Shown here: positions 31,543-41,421 of the stretch, piece by piece
Layout of the letters: each line of letters starts with the position of its first letter
Position numbering within the stretch: the first letter of the stretch is position 1
From: an uncultured Gammaproteobacteria bacterium
GTDB taxonomy: Bacteria > Patescibacteriota > Microgenomatia > Woykebacterales > RBG-16-39-9b
Length of the DNA: 64,000 nt
Reading direction: 5' to 3'
Assembly: GCA_965231125.1 (NCBI GenBank)
Contig: OZ246414.1
Location: 643,924 to 707,923 of the forward strand
Notes under the pieces: generated by a model
The model's input: the letters and a program-made list of their open reading frames with translations, nothing else
What the model was told of the DNA's origin: nothing
Database searches by the model: none
Translations under genes and position numbers: made by a program

Positions 31543-31630
31543 AAAAAAAGTGCAGCTCACGTTGCTATCCAGACGTTTCCATCTGAAAATCCTTGCGGAC
31601 TTTCACTAATGAGCTGCAAAATAAATTTAT
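31543..31630 (-). ncRNA. Putative ~85-nt small RNA with a three-way junction
   Basis: Minus-strand TTGCTT-17-TATTCT promoter, 9-bp closing stem, GCAA and GAAA tetraloop hairpins, U-tail. Confidence 0.55.
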
Positions 31631-31748
31631 ACTCTAGAATACTAGCGCGCCAACAAACAAGCAACAGAAAGAAATTTTTTGATATATTCAGATCGAAAAC
31701 CCTAACTTGTATTGCTAAAAAACTCTTGTAATTGTATGATTAATATTG

Positions 31749-32534
31749 ATGAACCTGTTCTCAGACGAAGGCCCAAAGCACGACGTAGTTGAATCCCCAT
31801 ACCGAATCTCCTGGGTCAGAGTAGGAAAGGTTATACTTCCAATGCTTCTTCTGGCACTAGCTGCCTCTTATTGGTTCGTCGAGATTTACATTCCCGCACA
31901 AATTTCGCAAAAGGGAACTGAATTCATCCCCGACATAAAAGTATCCACTCAAAGCGCCAAACAAGCAACCTCTTCCGCAGTACCTTTCGCCAAAAAAGTT
32001 GAGCATAAGATAATGCTTTATGACAGTTTCTTCAATCACGCAACTAAAAAAGGTGTCTTGCACACGATTAGTTTTATGGCTTCAGAAAACTGGGTGCTGA
32101 AAAAGAACGATTCAAAAAACAAAAACGATGGGCATTACTATACAGTTGCTGGAACGGATAATTTCTCCATGCAAGTATACGAGATTCCTGGAGGGATAGG
32201 AGGTGGGTGTGTTGGAGGACAAGATGAAGCACCAGCAGATTCGATTGTTGGTACAGAAAAAGTTTCGGTCCAAAATAAAGCTAAATATATAAGACTTATA
32301 GGAAATCTCTCTAAATCTGAGGTCTCACAAGCTTATCTTACAGGTGAAAAGTCAATTCCATGTTATTCCTTAGACAAGGGTATAGTACTTAAAATAAACA
32401 ATAGTGATAATCCAGGAATAAACTTTTATTTATCGATGAGCTTCCAAAAAACAGTTTCCAAGGAACAATTCGTCAACTCTGCTGAATACAAAGCAGCAAA
32501 GGAGTTGTTGCAAAGTTTAACTGTGGTGAATTAG
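31749..32534 (+). CDS. Single-TM surface hypothetical protein
   Basis: TM followed by STQSAKQATSSA linker; GIGGGC. Confidence 0.75.
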   Translation: MNLFSDEGPKHDVVESPYRISWVRVGKVILPMLLLALAASYWFVEIYIPAQISQKGTEFIPDIKVSTQSAKQATSSAVPFAKKVEHKIMLYDSFFNHATKKGVLHTISFMASENWVLKKNDSKNKNDGHYYTVAGTDNFSMQVYEIPGGIGGGCVGGQDEAPADSIVGTEKVSVQNKAKYIRLIGNLSKSEVSQAYLTGEKSIPCYSLDKGIVLKINNSDNPGINFYLSMSFQKTVSKEQFVNSAEYKAAKELLQSLTVVN

Positions 32535-32582
32535 CAATTTCAACCTTCAAATTCCTAGACTAATCTGTTATTATTCAAGTAA

Positions 32583-32876
32583 ATGGCAACCCTCCAGAAC
32601 CAACAACTCCCAGCGAGTCCGCAAGCACCTTGGGCGGGGACGAACTTAGGTAGAATAATTCTTGCTTCGTCTTTAATAATTATTATTATAATAGTTGCTG
32701 TTTTTACTTATTGGCTGCTAGTACTTAAACCCCAAGTAGAATCCCAACCACCCATAACCAACACGCCGATTCAAGCCTCCTCAAGTGCCAAAACCGCGAC
32801 ACCTTCCGCAACATCCTCGGCCACACCAAGCGCCAAACAGGCAACTCAATCCGCTACTGCCTCCGCCAAAAAATAG
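32583..32876 (+). CDS. Small single-TM protein with ATxSA repeats
   Basis: TM followed by ATPSATSSATPSAKQATQSA. Confidence 0.75.
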   Translation: MATLQNQQLPASPQAPWAGTNLGRIILASSLIIIIIIVAVFTYWLLVLKPQVESQPPITNTPIQASSSAKTATPSATSSATPSAKQATQSATASAKK

Positions 32877-32885
32877 ATTGATTGT

Positions 32886-33188
32886 ATGATTGTTATCTAC
32901 ACAACTTTCCCAGATAAGGCATCGGCAGACTCTGTTACCAAAAAACTTCTTGAAGAAAAATTAGCTGCCTGTGTCCAAATTTTTCCAATTGAAAGCACCT
33001 TTTGGTGGAAAGGGAAGCTGGAGGAGAGACAGGAAATTGCTTGCTTTATCAAAACCAAAAAGGCTCTTGCTGAAAAAGCAACCCACGTTTTATCAAAAAA
33101 CTACCCTTACGAAATTCCGGAAATTATAACGATTAACCCAAACTCTGTAAACAAATCCTACTTTGACTGGATCGCCAGTTCCATATAA
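32886..33188 (+). CDS. cutA: Divalent cation tolerance protein
   Basis: LLEEKLAACVQ, S.FWWKGK, IKT, YPYEIPEII. Confidence 0.93.
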   Translation: MIVIYTTFPDKASADSVTKKLLEEKLAACVQIFPIESTFWWKGKLEERQEIACFIKTKKALAEKATHVLSKNYPYEIPEIITINPNSVNKSYFDWIASSI

Positions 33189-33207
33189 GATATAAGTAAT
33201 ATCTGCC

Positions 33208-33627
33208 ATGAACCCTGTCTATATTTTTATCGATGTCGTCTCGCTTCTTTTTACATCTGCCGCTGCAACCATAGCTGGTGAAAGAGTCGCTAGTGAGATT
33301 TCTCCCAACGTTTTGGTGTTAGTAATCGTCTTTTTTCTAGCCAGGGCGGCTCTCTACTACGTTTTCTTTAGATCCGTAGTGCAAAGAAAGCTCTCCCTAG
33401 TACGAAACGCCGTGCAGAGCATTTCCCTAATTATTCTGCTCTCCGTGGCGGCTTTTATTTTTACCGTTATATCGACGTATATAGCTAATACAGACACTAA
33501 GTTCTTCTCGGCATTACTAAACCTTACAAACACAAACGGTTTTATATTTTACTTCTTAATTGCACCCCTAATGATGGTATTAATAAGCATTTTTGTGCAT
33601 AAATTTTACAAAATAGAATCTTTATAA
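33208..33627 (+). CDS. Four-TM membrane protein
   Basis: Hydrophobic segments; intact ORF. Confidence 0.7.
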   Translation: MNPVYIFIDVVSLLFTSAAATIAGERVASEISPNVLVLVIVFFLARAALYYVFFRSVVQRKLSLVRNAVQSISLIILLSVAAFIFTVISTYIANTDTKFFSALLNLTNTNGFIFYFLIAPLMMVLISIFVHKFYKIESL

Positions 33628-33792
33628 TATTTGACAAAAAAGGCTCTTTTACTTATCATTACCACTAATACCTAGTAGGACTCAAAACAAAGCTAGCTCA
33701 AAGAAACAAACCACCGCGTTTATTTCCTTAGAAAAGGCTCCGTAAAATCTCTACTTTGACTTTACAACTTCAAGCAATCTAAAATTGAAGTA

Positions 33793-34665
33793 ATGATAAC
33801 AAATAAATTTGACCCAAAAATATGTAAAGAAGAGGTTTTGGGGATTGCTTACAGTGGAGGAGGAAACCGCGGCGCCGTGCATCTAGGCACAATGAAAGCT
33901 ATGATTGAAACTGGAATCGCCCCGACTCGCATTACTGGAGTCTCGGCCGGAGCTTTTGTTGGTGCTTTTCACGCAGCGGATCCAAGCTCTTTAAAATATT
34001 TTGAACTGGCGCAAAATCTAGTTTCCCAAATGAGTCGTGACTTGTTTGGCCTTTCTGTACCAGAACTTTTTGCAAAATTTTTAACCCAAGGAGCCGGCAT
34101 TAAAAGTTTGGGCAGTTTAGATAAATTAGAGGGTTTTATGAGAAAAAACTTGCCGTTTACAACTTTTGAGGAATTGGCAATACCATTGGAAATTGGCGTA
34201 ACAAATCAAAAAAACGGCCAAGACACCTGGATTTCAAAAGGAGACATTATAAAACCGCTCCTGGCAACTGCCGCTGTACCGGGAATGCTGCCCCCAGTGG
34301 AGATAGACGGGGTTAATTATATAGATGGGGGAGCTACCGACAATTTACCGCTTTTTGAACTTGCAAAAGGTCGCTGCGGCACTTTGTATGCGTGTAACGC
34401 TGGTTACGGAGGCCAGGCGCTGCGAGGCCCAAAAAACTTTCTGGAAACAATGGTTGCGGCCAGAGAGCTTTCTCATTACCAAACGCAACGCTACGAAGAA
34501 GAACTCATCCGCGCTCTTTACCCTCAAATTAAAATCATTCACATCGAACCAAGAGTGGGACTAGATCTGCCACCTTACGATTTTACGCCCGAAAAAGTGG
34601 GTAAAGTGATCGAAGAAAGCTACGTAAAAACTAAAGAAATTCTGGAAAAAAGTAGTGTAAATTAA
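33793..34665 (+). CDS. Patatin-like phospholipase
   Basis: SGGGNRG, GVSAG, YIDGG. Confidence 0.93.
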   Translation: MITNKFDPKICKEEVLGIAYSGGGNRGAVHLGTMKAMIETGIAPTRITGVSAGAFVGAFHAADPSSLKYFELAQNLVSQMSRDLFGLSVPELFAKFLTQGAGIKSLGSLDKLEGFMRKNLPFTTFEELAIPLEIGVTNQKNGQDTWISKGDIIKPLLATAAVPGMLPPVEIDGVNYIDGGATDNLPLFELAKGRCGTLYACNAGYGGQALRGPKNFLETMVAARELSHYQTQRYEEELIRALYPQIKIIHIEPRVGLDLPPYDFTPEKVGKVIEESYVKTKEILEKSSVN

Positions 34666-34747
34666 ACCAGGTTTGGAATTTGTATTAGGGACTACAGAAT
34701 TTTCGCAGCTCGCGTGATACTTTGTTATTGAAAGAACCTTAAAAGGT

Positions 34748-34880
34748 AAAGCCCCAAACGGTGTTAGGACAACTAACTACGATAAATTGTCTAGGAGGCC
34801 GACGTTTTCAAATCTCGCGGGATTTGAAACAGACCACCATATTATTCGACGAAGGGTTAGTAACTCGACCGCGCGGGGCC
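34748..34880 (+). ncRNA. ssrS: Candidate 6S RNA (short)
   Basis: Rod fold: GCCCC/GGGGC, CGGT/ACCG, CTAAC/GTTAG, AU-rich central bubble, apical TTTCAAATC/GATTTGAAA stem; terminator follows. Confidence 0.5.
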
Positions 34881-34888
34881 AGGCGAAG

Positions 34889-34918
34889 GAATCCGGTACA
34901 GATGTGCCGGATTTTTTT
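34889..34918 (+). terminator. Intrinsic terminator
   Basis: ATCCGGTACA/TGTGCCGGAT stem plus T-run. Confidence 0.8.
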
Positions 34919-34958
34919 GTGTTGACCTAACTGTTACCATTTAAATAGGAGGAACTCT

Positions 34959-37211
34959 GTGGTTCGCGAAAAACCAGATAAATCAATCTACACTTGTCCG
35001 ATGCACCCGGAAGTAAAATCGTCTAAACCCGGCGCTTGTCCAAAATGCGGGATGAGTCTTGAGGAAGTCAAAAGGCAAAAGGTAAAAGGCAAAAGTGAAG
35101 AGCCTGAAACTTCGCATGGAGCTTACGCGGATCACGCTATGAAGTCGGCTGCCAAAGTCAACTTTTGGGAAAAGCTAAAGATGAGTATGACGATGAGTAT
35201 GGGGATGGAGCACACTGGTCTTGCTGGACGGGAGATGGCTAAGTTGATGGAAGAAGACATCCGAAATAAGTTTTTCTTCTCTCTTATCTTAACTATTCCA
35301 ATTATTGCCTACTCGCCGGTGGGTGAAAAGATACTGGGGTTAAAACTTCCGACACCAATAGCCGCTCCTTGGTTACTTTTGATACTGACCACTCCAGTTT
35401 TCTTTTATGCTGGTTGGATTTTCCTCTATTCAACTTACAAAGCCCTGCAGCAAAAAACTCTTAACATGTCCGTCTTAATTGCGGTAGGGATAACGGCTGC
35501 TTACGGATTCAGCGTTATTTTAACTTTAATTGGCAGCCCAGATTCTTTTTATGAAGCTGCCGCCATGTTAATTACTTTTGTTCTCTTTGGTCACTGGATG
35601 GAAATGAAATCTCGCCGAGGCACAACTGATGCTTTGCAAGCTCTTTTTGCTCTAGTTCCGCCACAAGCAAGAGTTATTATAGATGGTAAAGAACAGCTAA
35701 TCCCAACCTCAGAGGTGAAGTTAAATGATATTGTTGTGCTCAAACCCGGTGATAAAGTACCAGTCGATGGCGAGATTATTGAAGGCGAGACAGCGATTGA
35801 CGAGTCTCTAGTAACAGGGGAATCCATTCCGGTTGCTAAGAAAAAAGGCGACAGCGTTATCGGTGGTTCAATCAATCAACCGGGGTCCGTCAAGTTCCGC
35901 GCGACCAAAGTCGGTGAAGATACGGCGCTTGCCCAAATTGTCAAAATGGTGGAGATAGCTCAGAATTCAAAGGCACCAGGCCAGAAACTAGCCGATCGCT
36001 TCGCAAAATATTTGGTTATTGTCGCAGTAGGTGGAGGATTACTGACCTTTGCAGTTTGGTTTTTTATTCTCGGGCAACCGCTTCTTTTTGCTTTAACCTT
36101 TGCAATATCTACAGTAGTTATTGCATGTCCGGACGCTTTGGGTCTGGCAACTCCAACTGCAGTTGCAGTTGGTACCGGATTAGGTGCCAAACACAATATT
36201 CTTATTAAAGACGCCCCAACGCTCGAACAAGTCTCGCGGGTGCGGACGGTTGTTCTCGATAAAACTGGGACTCTGACGGAAGGTAAACCTAAAATTACCA
36301 ATGTCTATACTAATAACTTCGACACCAACGAAGCCTTGAGACTGATTGGCGCGGCCGAAGAAAAGTCTTCCCACCCATTGAGTAATGCCATTCTTGAAGA
36401 AGTTAAAGAGAAGAAGCTTTCTTTGCCTAGAAAAGTTGAGCAATTCGAGAATCTCTCCGGTCTCGGTGTCAAAGCAATTGTAGATGGCAAAAAAGTTTTG
36501 GTGGGTACACCTAAGTTGATGCGAGAAAATAATATTGATATTAGGGCTTTAACGGATAAGGTTAATAGACTCCTATCCAATGGAGAAACAGTAATGCTAC
36601 TGGCAGTAGACGGAAGACTAGCCGCTGTGGTGGGTGCAGCTGACTTAATAAAGCCTAACGCCAAAAAAGCAATCGAACTGCTTAACGAACTTGGAATAGA
36701 GACAGCCATGATAACTGGTGATAATGAAGAAACTGCTCAGGCAGTTGCTAAAAAGATAGGAATCAAAAGAGTCTTTGCTGATGTTTTACCATCCGACAAA
36801 GCCAATTACGTCAAGAAACTTCAAGACGAAGGTAACTTTGTCGCTATGGTCGGAGATGGTGTGAATGACGCTCCGGCTCTGGCCCAAGCGGATATTGGTA
36901 TTGCGATTGGAGCCGGAACTGATGTGGCCATCGAAACCGCCAAAGTTGTGCTTATGAAATCCGACCCGACTGACGTACTGCGGGCGATCAAGCTAAGCAA
37001 AGCCACCGTAACCAAGATGAAGCAAAACCTTTTCTGGGCTTCAATTTACAATCTGCTAGCAATTCCGGTTGCGGCTGGAGTTCTTTATCCTAGTCTAGGA
37101 ATCTCGCTAAGGCCGGAGGTTTCCGCTTTGCTGATGAGCGCTTCATCAATAATTGTGGCTACCAATGCGGTGTTACTTAACAGAGCCGAAAAAGATTTGG
37201 TTTCTGTCTAA
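34959..37211 (+). CDS. copA: Copper-translocating P1B ATPase
   Basis: YTCPMHP, His/Met-rich N-terminus, TGES, ACPDALGLATP, DKTGTLT, GDGVNDAP, YN and MSASS motifs. Confidence 0.93.
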   Translation: MVREKPDKSIYTCPMHPEVKSSKPGACPKCGMSLEEVKRQKVKGKSEEPETSHGAYADHAMKSAAKVNFWEKLKMSMTMSMGMEHTGLAGREMAKLMEEDIRNKFFFSLILTIPIIAYSPVGEKILGLKLPTPIAAPWLLLILTTPVFFYAGWIFLYSTYKALQQKTLNMSVLIAVGITAAYGFSVILTLIGSPDSFYEAAAMLITFVLFGHWMEMKSRRGTTDALQALFALVPPQARVIIDGKEQLIPTSEVKLNDIVVLKPGDKVPVDGEIIEGETAIDESLVTGESIPVAKKKGDSVIGGSINQPGSVKFRATKVGEDTALAQIVKMVEIAQNSKAPGQKLADRFAKYLVIVAVGGGLLTFAVWFFILGQPLLFALTFAISTVVIACPDALGLATPTAVAVGTGLGAKHNILIKDAPTLEQVSRVRTVVLDKTGTLTEGKPKITNVYTNNFDTNEALRLIGAAEEKSSHPLSNAILEEVKEKKLSLPRKVEQFENLSGLGVKAIVDGKKVLVGTPKLMRENNIDIRALTDKVNRLLSNGETVMLLAVDGRLAAVVGAADLIKPNAKKAIELLNELGIETAMITGDNEETAQAVAKKIGIKRVFADVLPSDKANYVKKLQDEGNFVAMVGDGVNDAPALAQADIGIAIGAGTDVAIETAKVVLMKSDPTDVLRAIKLSKATVTKMKQNLFWASIYNLLAIPVAAGVLYPSLGISLRPEVSALLMSASSIIVATNAVLLNRAEKDLVSV

Positions 37212-37274
37212 ACACCACGACAAATTTTACCCCCTTGACGGCTGCACTACTAATGATTTAAAACATATTGGCTC

Positions 37275-37496
37275 ATGCGGAAATTTAAAATACGAAAAGT
37301 TAAAGCTACAAAGATTTTTTCGATATCCCCAGAAGAGGATAGGGTTCAGACTCTTACTAGTATCGCCCAAGATTTGGAAAGATACACACCAGCGGAAATG
37401 CCCGAAATTGGAACCATCAAAAGTTGGGTCCGCAAAGAGCTTTCTCGAAATCTGGCAAAAGTAAAAGTTCAACACCTTTTCCACTCAAAAACTTAA
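37275..37496 (+). CDS. Small basic hypothetical protein
   Basis: ORF preceded by TTGACG-like -35; no recognised motif. Confidence 0.45.
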   Translation: MRKFKIRKVKATKIFSISPEEDRVQTLTSIAQDLERYTPAEMPEIGTIKSWVRKELSRNLAKVKVQHLFHSKT

Positions 37497-37537
37497 ATCC
37501 CATTGACTAAAAGGCAACTCCCGACTACAATCACCTT

Positions 37538-37807
37538 ATGGACGACCCAAAATTAGCCTCCGACGCAACTGAAGAAGGCCTCCAAAAAGAACGCGAGAAG
37601 GAAAAAGATTACACTCAATCTTCGCCAGAAATCTCCACCGGCGATACCGATGCTGGCTGGGAAGAATCCGACACCGATGGCACTGAACTTCCTGGCGGTG
37701 GAAATGAGACCCCGGATGAAGCGGACGTTGAGGAAATTGGCAAAGCTACCGGAGAATCGTACGAACCTGGTGAACCCCTAGACCCAACTAAAAAAGAAGG
37801 CTCTTAA
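37538..37807 (+). CDS. Acidic DUF6335-like protein
   Basis: SPEISTGDTDAGWE..GG.NETPD..VEEIGKATG..Y..GEPL. Confidence 0.7.
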   Translation: MDDPKLASDATEEGLQKEREKEKDYTQSSPEISTGDTDAGWEESDTDGTELPGGGNETPDEADVEEIGKATGESYEPGEPLDPTKKEGS

Positions 37808-37813
37808 CCACCT

Positions 37814-38536
37814 ATGCTTTACAAGGATAAAGACTTAACAGAAGGCGAAGGCGATAAACCTTTCATTTACACTAATTTCGTTTCCACTGTGGATGGAAAA
37901 GTCCAGGTTTTAGAAAATTGGAAATCTTATTGGCCGATCGGTAGCCGAAAAGATTATGAAGTCTTAGTTGAGCTGAGATCTCTGGCCGATGTTACTATTC
38001 ACGGATCCTCGAATGCCAAAACATATCGCTTTGTAAAAACAATTCAAACTCCCTTACTTAAGGAGTTAAGAGAGAAAAGAGGTGTAAATGAAGCTCTGCC
38101 GTATATTGTCTTATCTAACCATCCAGATATTTCTCTTGTAGAGAACTTAAAAAACCCTGACGGGGCAAAGGCTTACTTAGCTACAAGTAAAAAAGCGGTG
38201 GTTCCCGAAGAAACCGAAAAATTTGTTAACCTCATAAGAGTCGGTGAGGAGAGAATCGATCTAAAAGAATTGGTAACCAAACTGGCCTCAGATTTAAACG
38301 CTAAGCGTATTCTGGTGGAAGGTGGTCCTAATCTATTAGGGTCTTTTTTTACCGAAAATTTAATTGACGAAGTTTTTCTGACGGTTACACCAAAGATTTT
38401 TGGAAATCAGCCTGGCAAAACTCTAACACTAGTTGAAGGAGTCCTTTTTCCCGCAGACAAAGTTCGACACCTTAAGCTAGCCTCCGTAAAACAAATAGAA
38501 GATGAACTGTTTTTGCGCTACAAAGTTGAAAAATGA
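37814..38536 (+). CDS. RibD C-terminal/pyrimidine reductase-like protein
   Basis: NFVSTVDGK, LVEGGPNL, LIDEVFLTVTPKIFG. Confidence 0.9.
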   Translation: MLYKDKDLTEGEGDKPFIYTNFVSTVDGKVQVLENWKSYWPIGSRKDYEVLVELRSLADVTIHGSSNAKTYRFVKTIQTPLLKELREKRGVNEALPYIVLSNHPDISLVENLKNPDGAKAYLATSKKAVVPEETEKFVNLIRVGEERIDLKELVTKLASDLNAKRILVEGGPNLLGSFFTENLIDEVFLTVTPKIFGNQPGKTLTLVEGVLFPADKVRHLKLASVKQIEDELFLRYKVEK

Positions 38537-39018
38537 TTTTAATAAGAAAATTAAGCAAAAAGGACCGCAGCAGTCTAGAGAAAGTTTATACAGAAACAGT
38601 AAAAAGTGAGTTCCCAGAATACTCAAAAAAAGTATTAGACAACTTCGCCACCAAAAAGTACCGCACGCGGGTGCTTTCCCTTCCAACTCAGCTAGGAGCC
38701 TTTGAAAAAGGAAGACTTGTCGGCTATCTTTTAGCTGAAAAACCGGCTGGCGGGGTGGTGTATATTGCGTGGCTCGCTGTAATCAAAGAGCAACAAAAAA
38801 AGGGCATCGGCACAAAACTTTTAGAAAAGTTTGAAAAAATTTCGCGGCAGGCAGGGGTCCACAACATTCAATTTGACACTAACGAAAGGAACATAGGTTA
38901 CTATAAATCTCGGGGTTACGAGCTGGTTGGCCTAGACAAAAAGGGCTATTATGGAGTGGACCACTACATATTGAAAAAACTAATCCAAGAACCAAAAGAA
39001 GAAAATTACTTAAAATAG
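38533..39018 (+). CDS. GNAT acetyltransferase
   Basis: WLAV...QKKGIGTKLL, YYKSRGY. Confidence 0.9.
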   Translation: MILIRKLSKKDRSSLEKVYTETVKSEFPEYSKKVLDNFATKKYRTRVLSLPTQLGAFEKGRLVGYLLAEKPAGGVVYIAWLAVIKEQQKKGIGTKLLEKFEKISRQAGVHNIQFDTNERNIGYYKSRGYELVGLDKKGYYGVDHYILKKLIQEPKEENYLK

Positions 39019-39092
39019 TCGCCCGAACCTTTGAAAAATCTTTTCTTGACCCTCTGGTATATAATTCCAAAGTAACAAGTTAATAGGGAGTT

Positions 39093-39674
39093 GTGAAGAA
39101 AAGGAGGAGACTCGTGTATATCACGGGAAAAGTAGCCAGGATAGGCTTAGTTTTTCTTGCACTGGTAGCTTTAATTTCTCAAGCCTGCGAAGCTACTAGT
39201 CAAAAAAGCGCGGTACTTGGATTTGCAAACTGTCCGCTGGGTGCTACCCCAACTTCTAATAAGCTCGTAGCCGATAAGTTGGCCCAAAGTTTGTTCGTTG
39301 CCATCAACCACGAACGTTCGATTAGTGGTTTACCCGCTCTATCACAAGAGCCAATAGCAACTTACGTAGCTCAACTGCGTTCGGATGATATGGCAAACCG
39401 CGACTACTTTTCTCACACCAGCCCAGAGGGTGTAGGTGCCTTTGATCTGTTAAATGCCTACGGTGTTCCACGTAGCTGGGAGGGGGAGAATTTAGCCCGT
39501 AACAACTATCCAGATGGGGAGAGCGTTGGCGTTGCGATACGTGATTTAATGAACAGCCCAGGACACCGAGGCGTCATTCTGAACCCAATGTACACGAATC
39601 TTGGTGTCGCCGCTGCCTTTGGTGGTGGTTGTACGAAATACTTCACCATGATCTTTGTTGGGCCACCGTTTTAG
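39093..39674 (+). CDS. CAP/SCP domain exported protein
   Basis: INHER..GLPAL, DMANRDYFSHTSP, GENLA, MNSPGHR; own terminator at 39679-39718. Confidence 0.92.
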   Translation: MKKRRRLVYITGKVARIGLVFLALVALISQACEATSQKSAVLGFANCPLGATPTSNKLVADKLAQSLFVAINHERSISGLPALSQEPIATYVAQLRSDDMANRDYFSHTSPEGVGAFDLLNAYGVPRSWEGENLARNNYPDGESVGVAIRDLMNSPGHRGVILNPMYTNLGVAAAFGGGCTKYFTMIFVGPPF

Positions 39675-39755
39675 TAGATGGACGTTGTCTATAGTAATCC
39701 CAGACAACGTCCTTTTTTAATTGCTTGTCAACATTCTTAGTGATAGAATCCCTTC

Positions 39756-40211
39756 GTGGACGTCAAAAAATTAATCAGTGAATATTTAAACGAAGCCAAA
39801 GTCATGCAGCTTGCAACTGTCAATAATGGTCGACCTTGGGTGTGTACTGTTAATTATGTCTTTGATGAAAACTGGAACTTATACTGGCTGTCTTTACGCA
39901 GTAGGCGACATTCCCAGGAATTAACCCATCATCGAGAAGTTGCGGGAGCAATTGTAAAAGACCCTTCAATCAAACGTGGTCTTCAGTTTGAAGGTATGGC
40001 TTTTGAAGTCAAAGGTGAGGAACTAACAAAAATTCACAATTTGTATGCGCAGAGTTATGGCGACAAACCAGGACGTCTAGCCGAAGCCCAATCAGAAGAT
40101 GCATCAAAAAGAACTTATTATGGTCTCGAACCCTCTTTATTTGTACTGTACGACGAAGTGAACTTTCCCGAAAACCCAAGACAGGAATTAAAACTAGGCG
40201 AGGACGCGTAA
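39756..40211 (+). CDS. Pyridoxamine 5'-phosphate oxidase-like FMN-binding protein
   Basis: MQLATV..G.PWVCTV, SRRHSQ, GLQFEG. Confidence 0.85.
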   Translation: MDVKKLISEYLNEAKVMQLATVNNGRPWVCTVNYVFDENWNLYWLSLRSRRHSQELTHHREVAGAIVKDPSIKRGLQFEGMAFEVKGEELTKIHNLYAQSYGDKPGRLAEAQSEDASKRTYYGLEPSLFVLYDEVNFPENPRQELKLGEDA

Positions 40212-40229
40212 ATTTTGAGGAAAAAATTT

Positions 40230-40979
40230 ATGAAAAATATGCTTGAAGGAAAAGTTGTTTTAATCACTGGCTCATCGCGACCAAACGGCATTGGTGCGGC
40301 GACAGCTAGGCTGGCCAAAACCTACGGTGCAGATGTAATTATCCACGGAAGAGACGAAAGCGAGAAGTTAAAAAATTTGGCTAAAGAGCTTGATTGTAGT
40401 TACATCGTTTGCGATATAACCAGCGGAAAAGAAGTAGAGAAAGCAGTGAATGAGGTTGTTAAGAAGGTTAATCGTATCGATGTGTTAATCAACTGTGCCG
40501 GTATTGCTCTTCCTGGACAGCTGTTAGAAGCCGATGACAAAAGTTGGCTTGAAACTTTCCAAGTAAATGTTTTAGGTACAATTCATTTTTGTCAGGCGGT
40601 CGTTCCGTTAATGAAAAAACAAGGATCTGGACGAATCGTCAATATTGCTTCCATCCGCGGTCATAGTGTTACTTCAAGTAACAATAGGCTTGCTTACACT
40701 GCTTCAAAATCCGCAATTATCACTCTGACCGCCGCTCTAGCGAAAGACTTAGCTCCAAACATCACCGTTAACGCGGTTTCGCCCGGATTTGTTAATACCG
40801 ATATGACCAAACTCTGGACACAGCGTGTTTGGGATCAGGCCAAAAATGCCTTGATCCCCCGAACCGCCGATCCGAAGGAAATAGCCGAGGTACTTCTTTT
40901 CCTCGCCAGTGACAAAGCAAGTTTTATCACTGGTCAGACAATCACCGTCGATGGTGGCTACACTATTTCTGGAAAGTAA
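40230..40979 (+). CDS. SDR family oxidoreductase (FabG-like)
   Basis: TGSSRPNGIG, NCAG, YTASK, VNAVSPG, ITGQTITVDGG. Confidence 0.92.
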   Translation: MKNMLEGKVVLITGSSRPNGIGAATARLAKTYGADVIIHGRDESEKLKNLAKELDCSYIVCDITSGKEVEKAVNEVVKKVNRIDVLINCAGIALPGQLLEADDKSWLETFQVNVLGTIHFCQAVVPLMKKQGSGRIVNIASIRGHSVTSSNNRLAYTASKSAIITLTAALAKDLAPNITVNAVSPGFVNTDMTKLWTQRVWDQAKNALIPRTADPKEIAEVLLFLASDKASFITGQTITVDGGYTISGK

Positions 40980-41035
40980 CTCCCTTTTGCATCTGTGTAG
41001 TAAAATAGCCTAAACCAATCCAAGGAGGGAACTAA

Positions 41036-41365
41036 GTGCCAAGAAAGCCCAAACAGGAAAGGTCACGGATTGCGAGAAGGAGATTCCTAACTGCAGCAAG
41101 AAAGAAATTTGGGAGAAAAGGTCTCGGCGTTTCTCGCAGCAAAATTGGTCAATCAATTGGGAGAAACGGTTTTCTAATCAACTACTACTTCGGAAGCAAA
41201 AAAGCCCTCATAAGGGAAGTGGTGGCTGAAATAATTTCCGAAAGAGAGGACTTGGCACAACTACGAAAAAGTCTGGAGGGGTATGCGAACGACCCAGACG
41301 CGCGTGTTGTCATCGAAAGCGTTTTCTTGAGCAAACCAAACAGAAAACGTAAAAAGAGAGGCTAA
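41036..41365 (+). CDS. TetR-like HTH small protein
   Basis: FLTAARKKF..G...SKIG...INYYFGSKKALI; SD AAGGAGG; hairpin at its 3' end. Confidence 0.7.
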   Translation: MPRKPKQERSRIARRRFLTAARKKFGRKGLGVSRSKIGQSIGRNGFLINYYFGSKKALIREVVAEIISEREDLAQLRKSLEGYANDPDARVVIESVFLSKPNRKRKKRG

Positions 41366-41421
41366 AACCTTAGCCTCTCTTAACTTTTCATTTACCTTCT
41401 AATTTGATAAACTTTCCTTAG

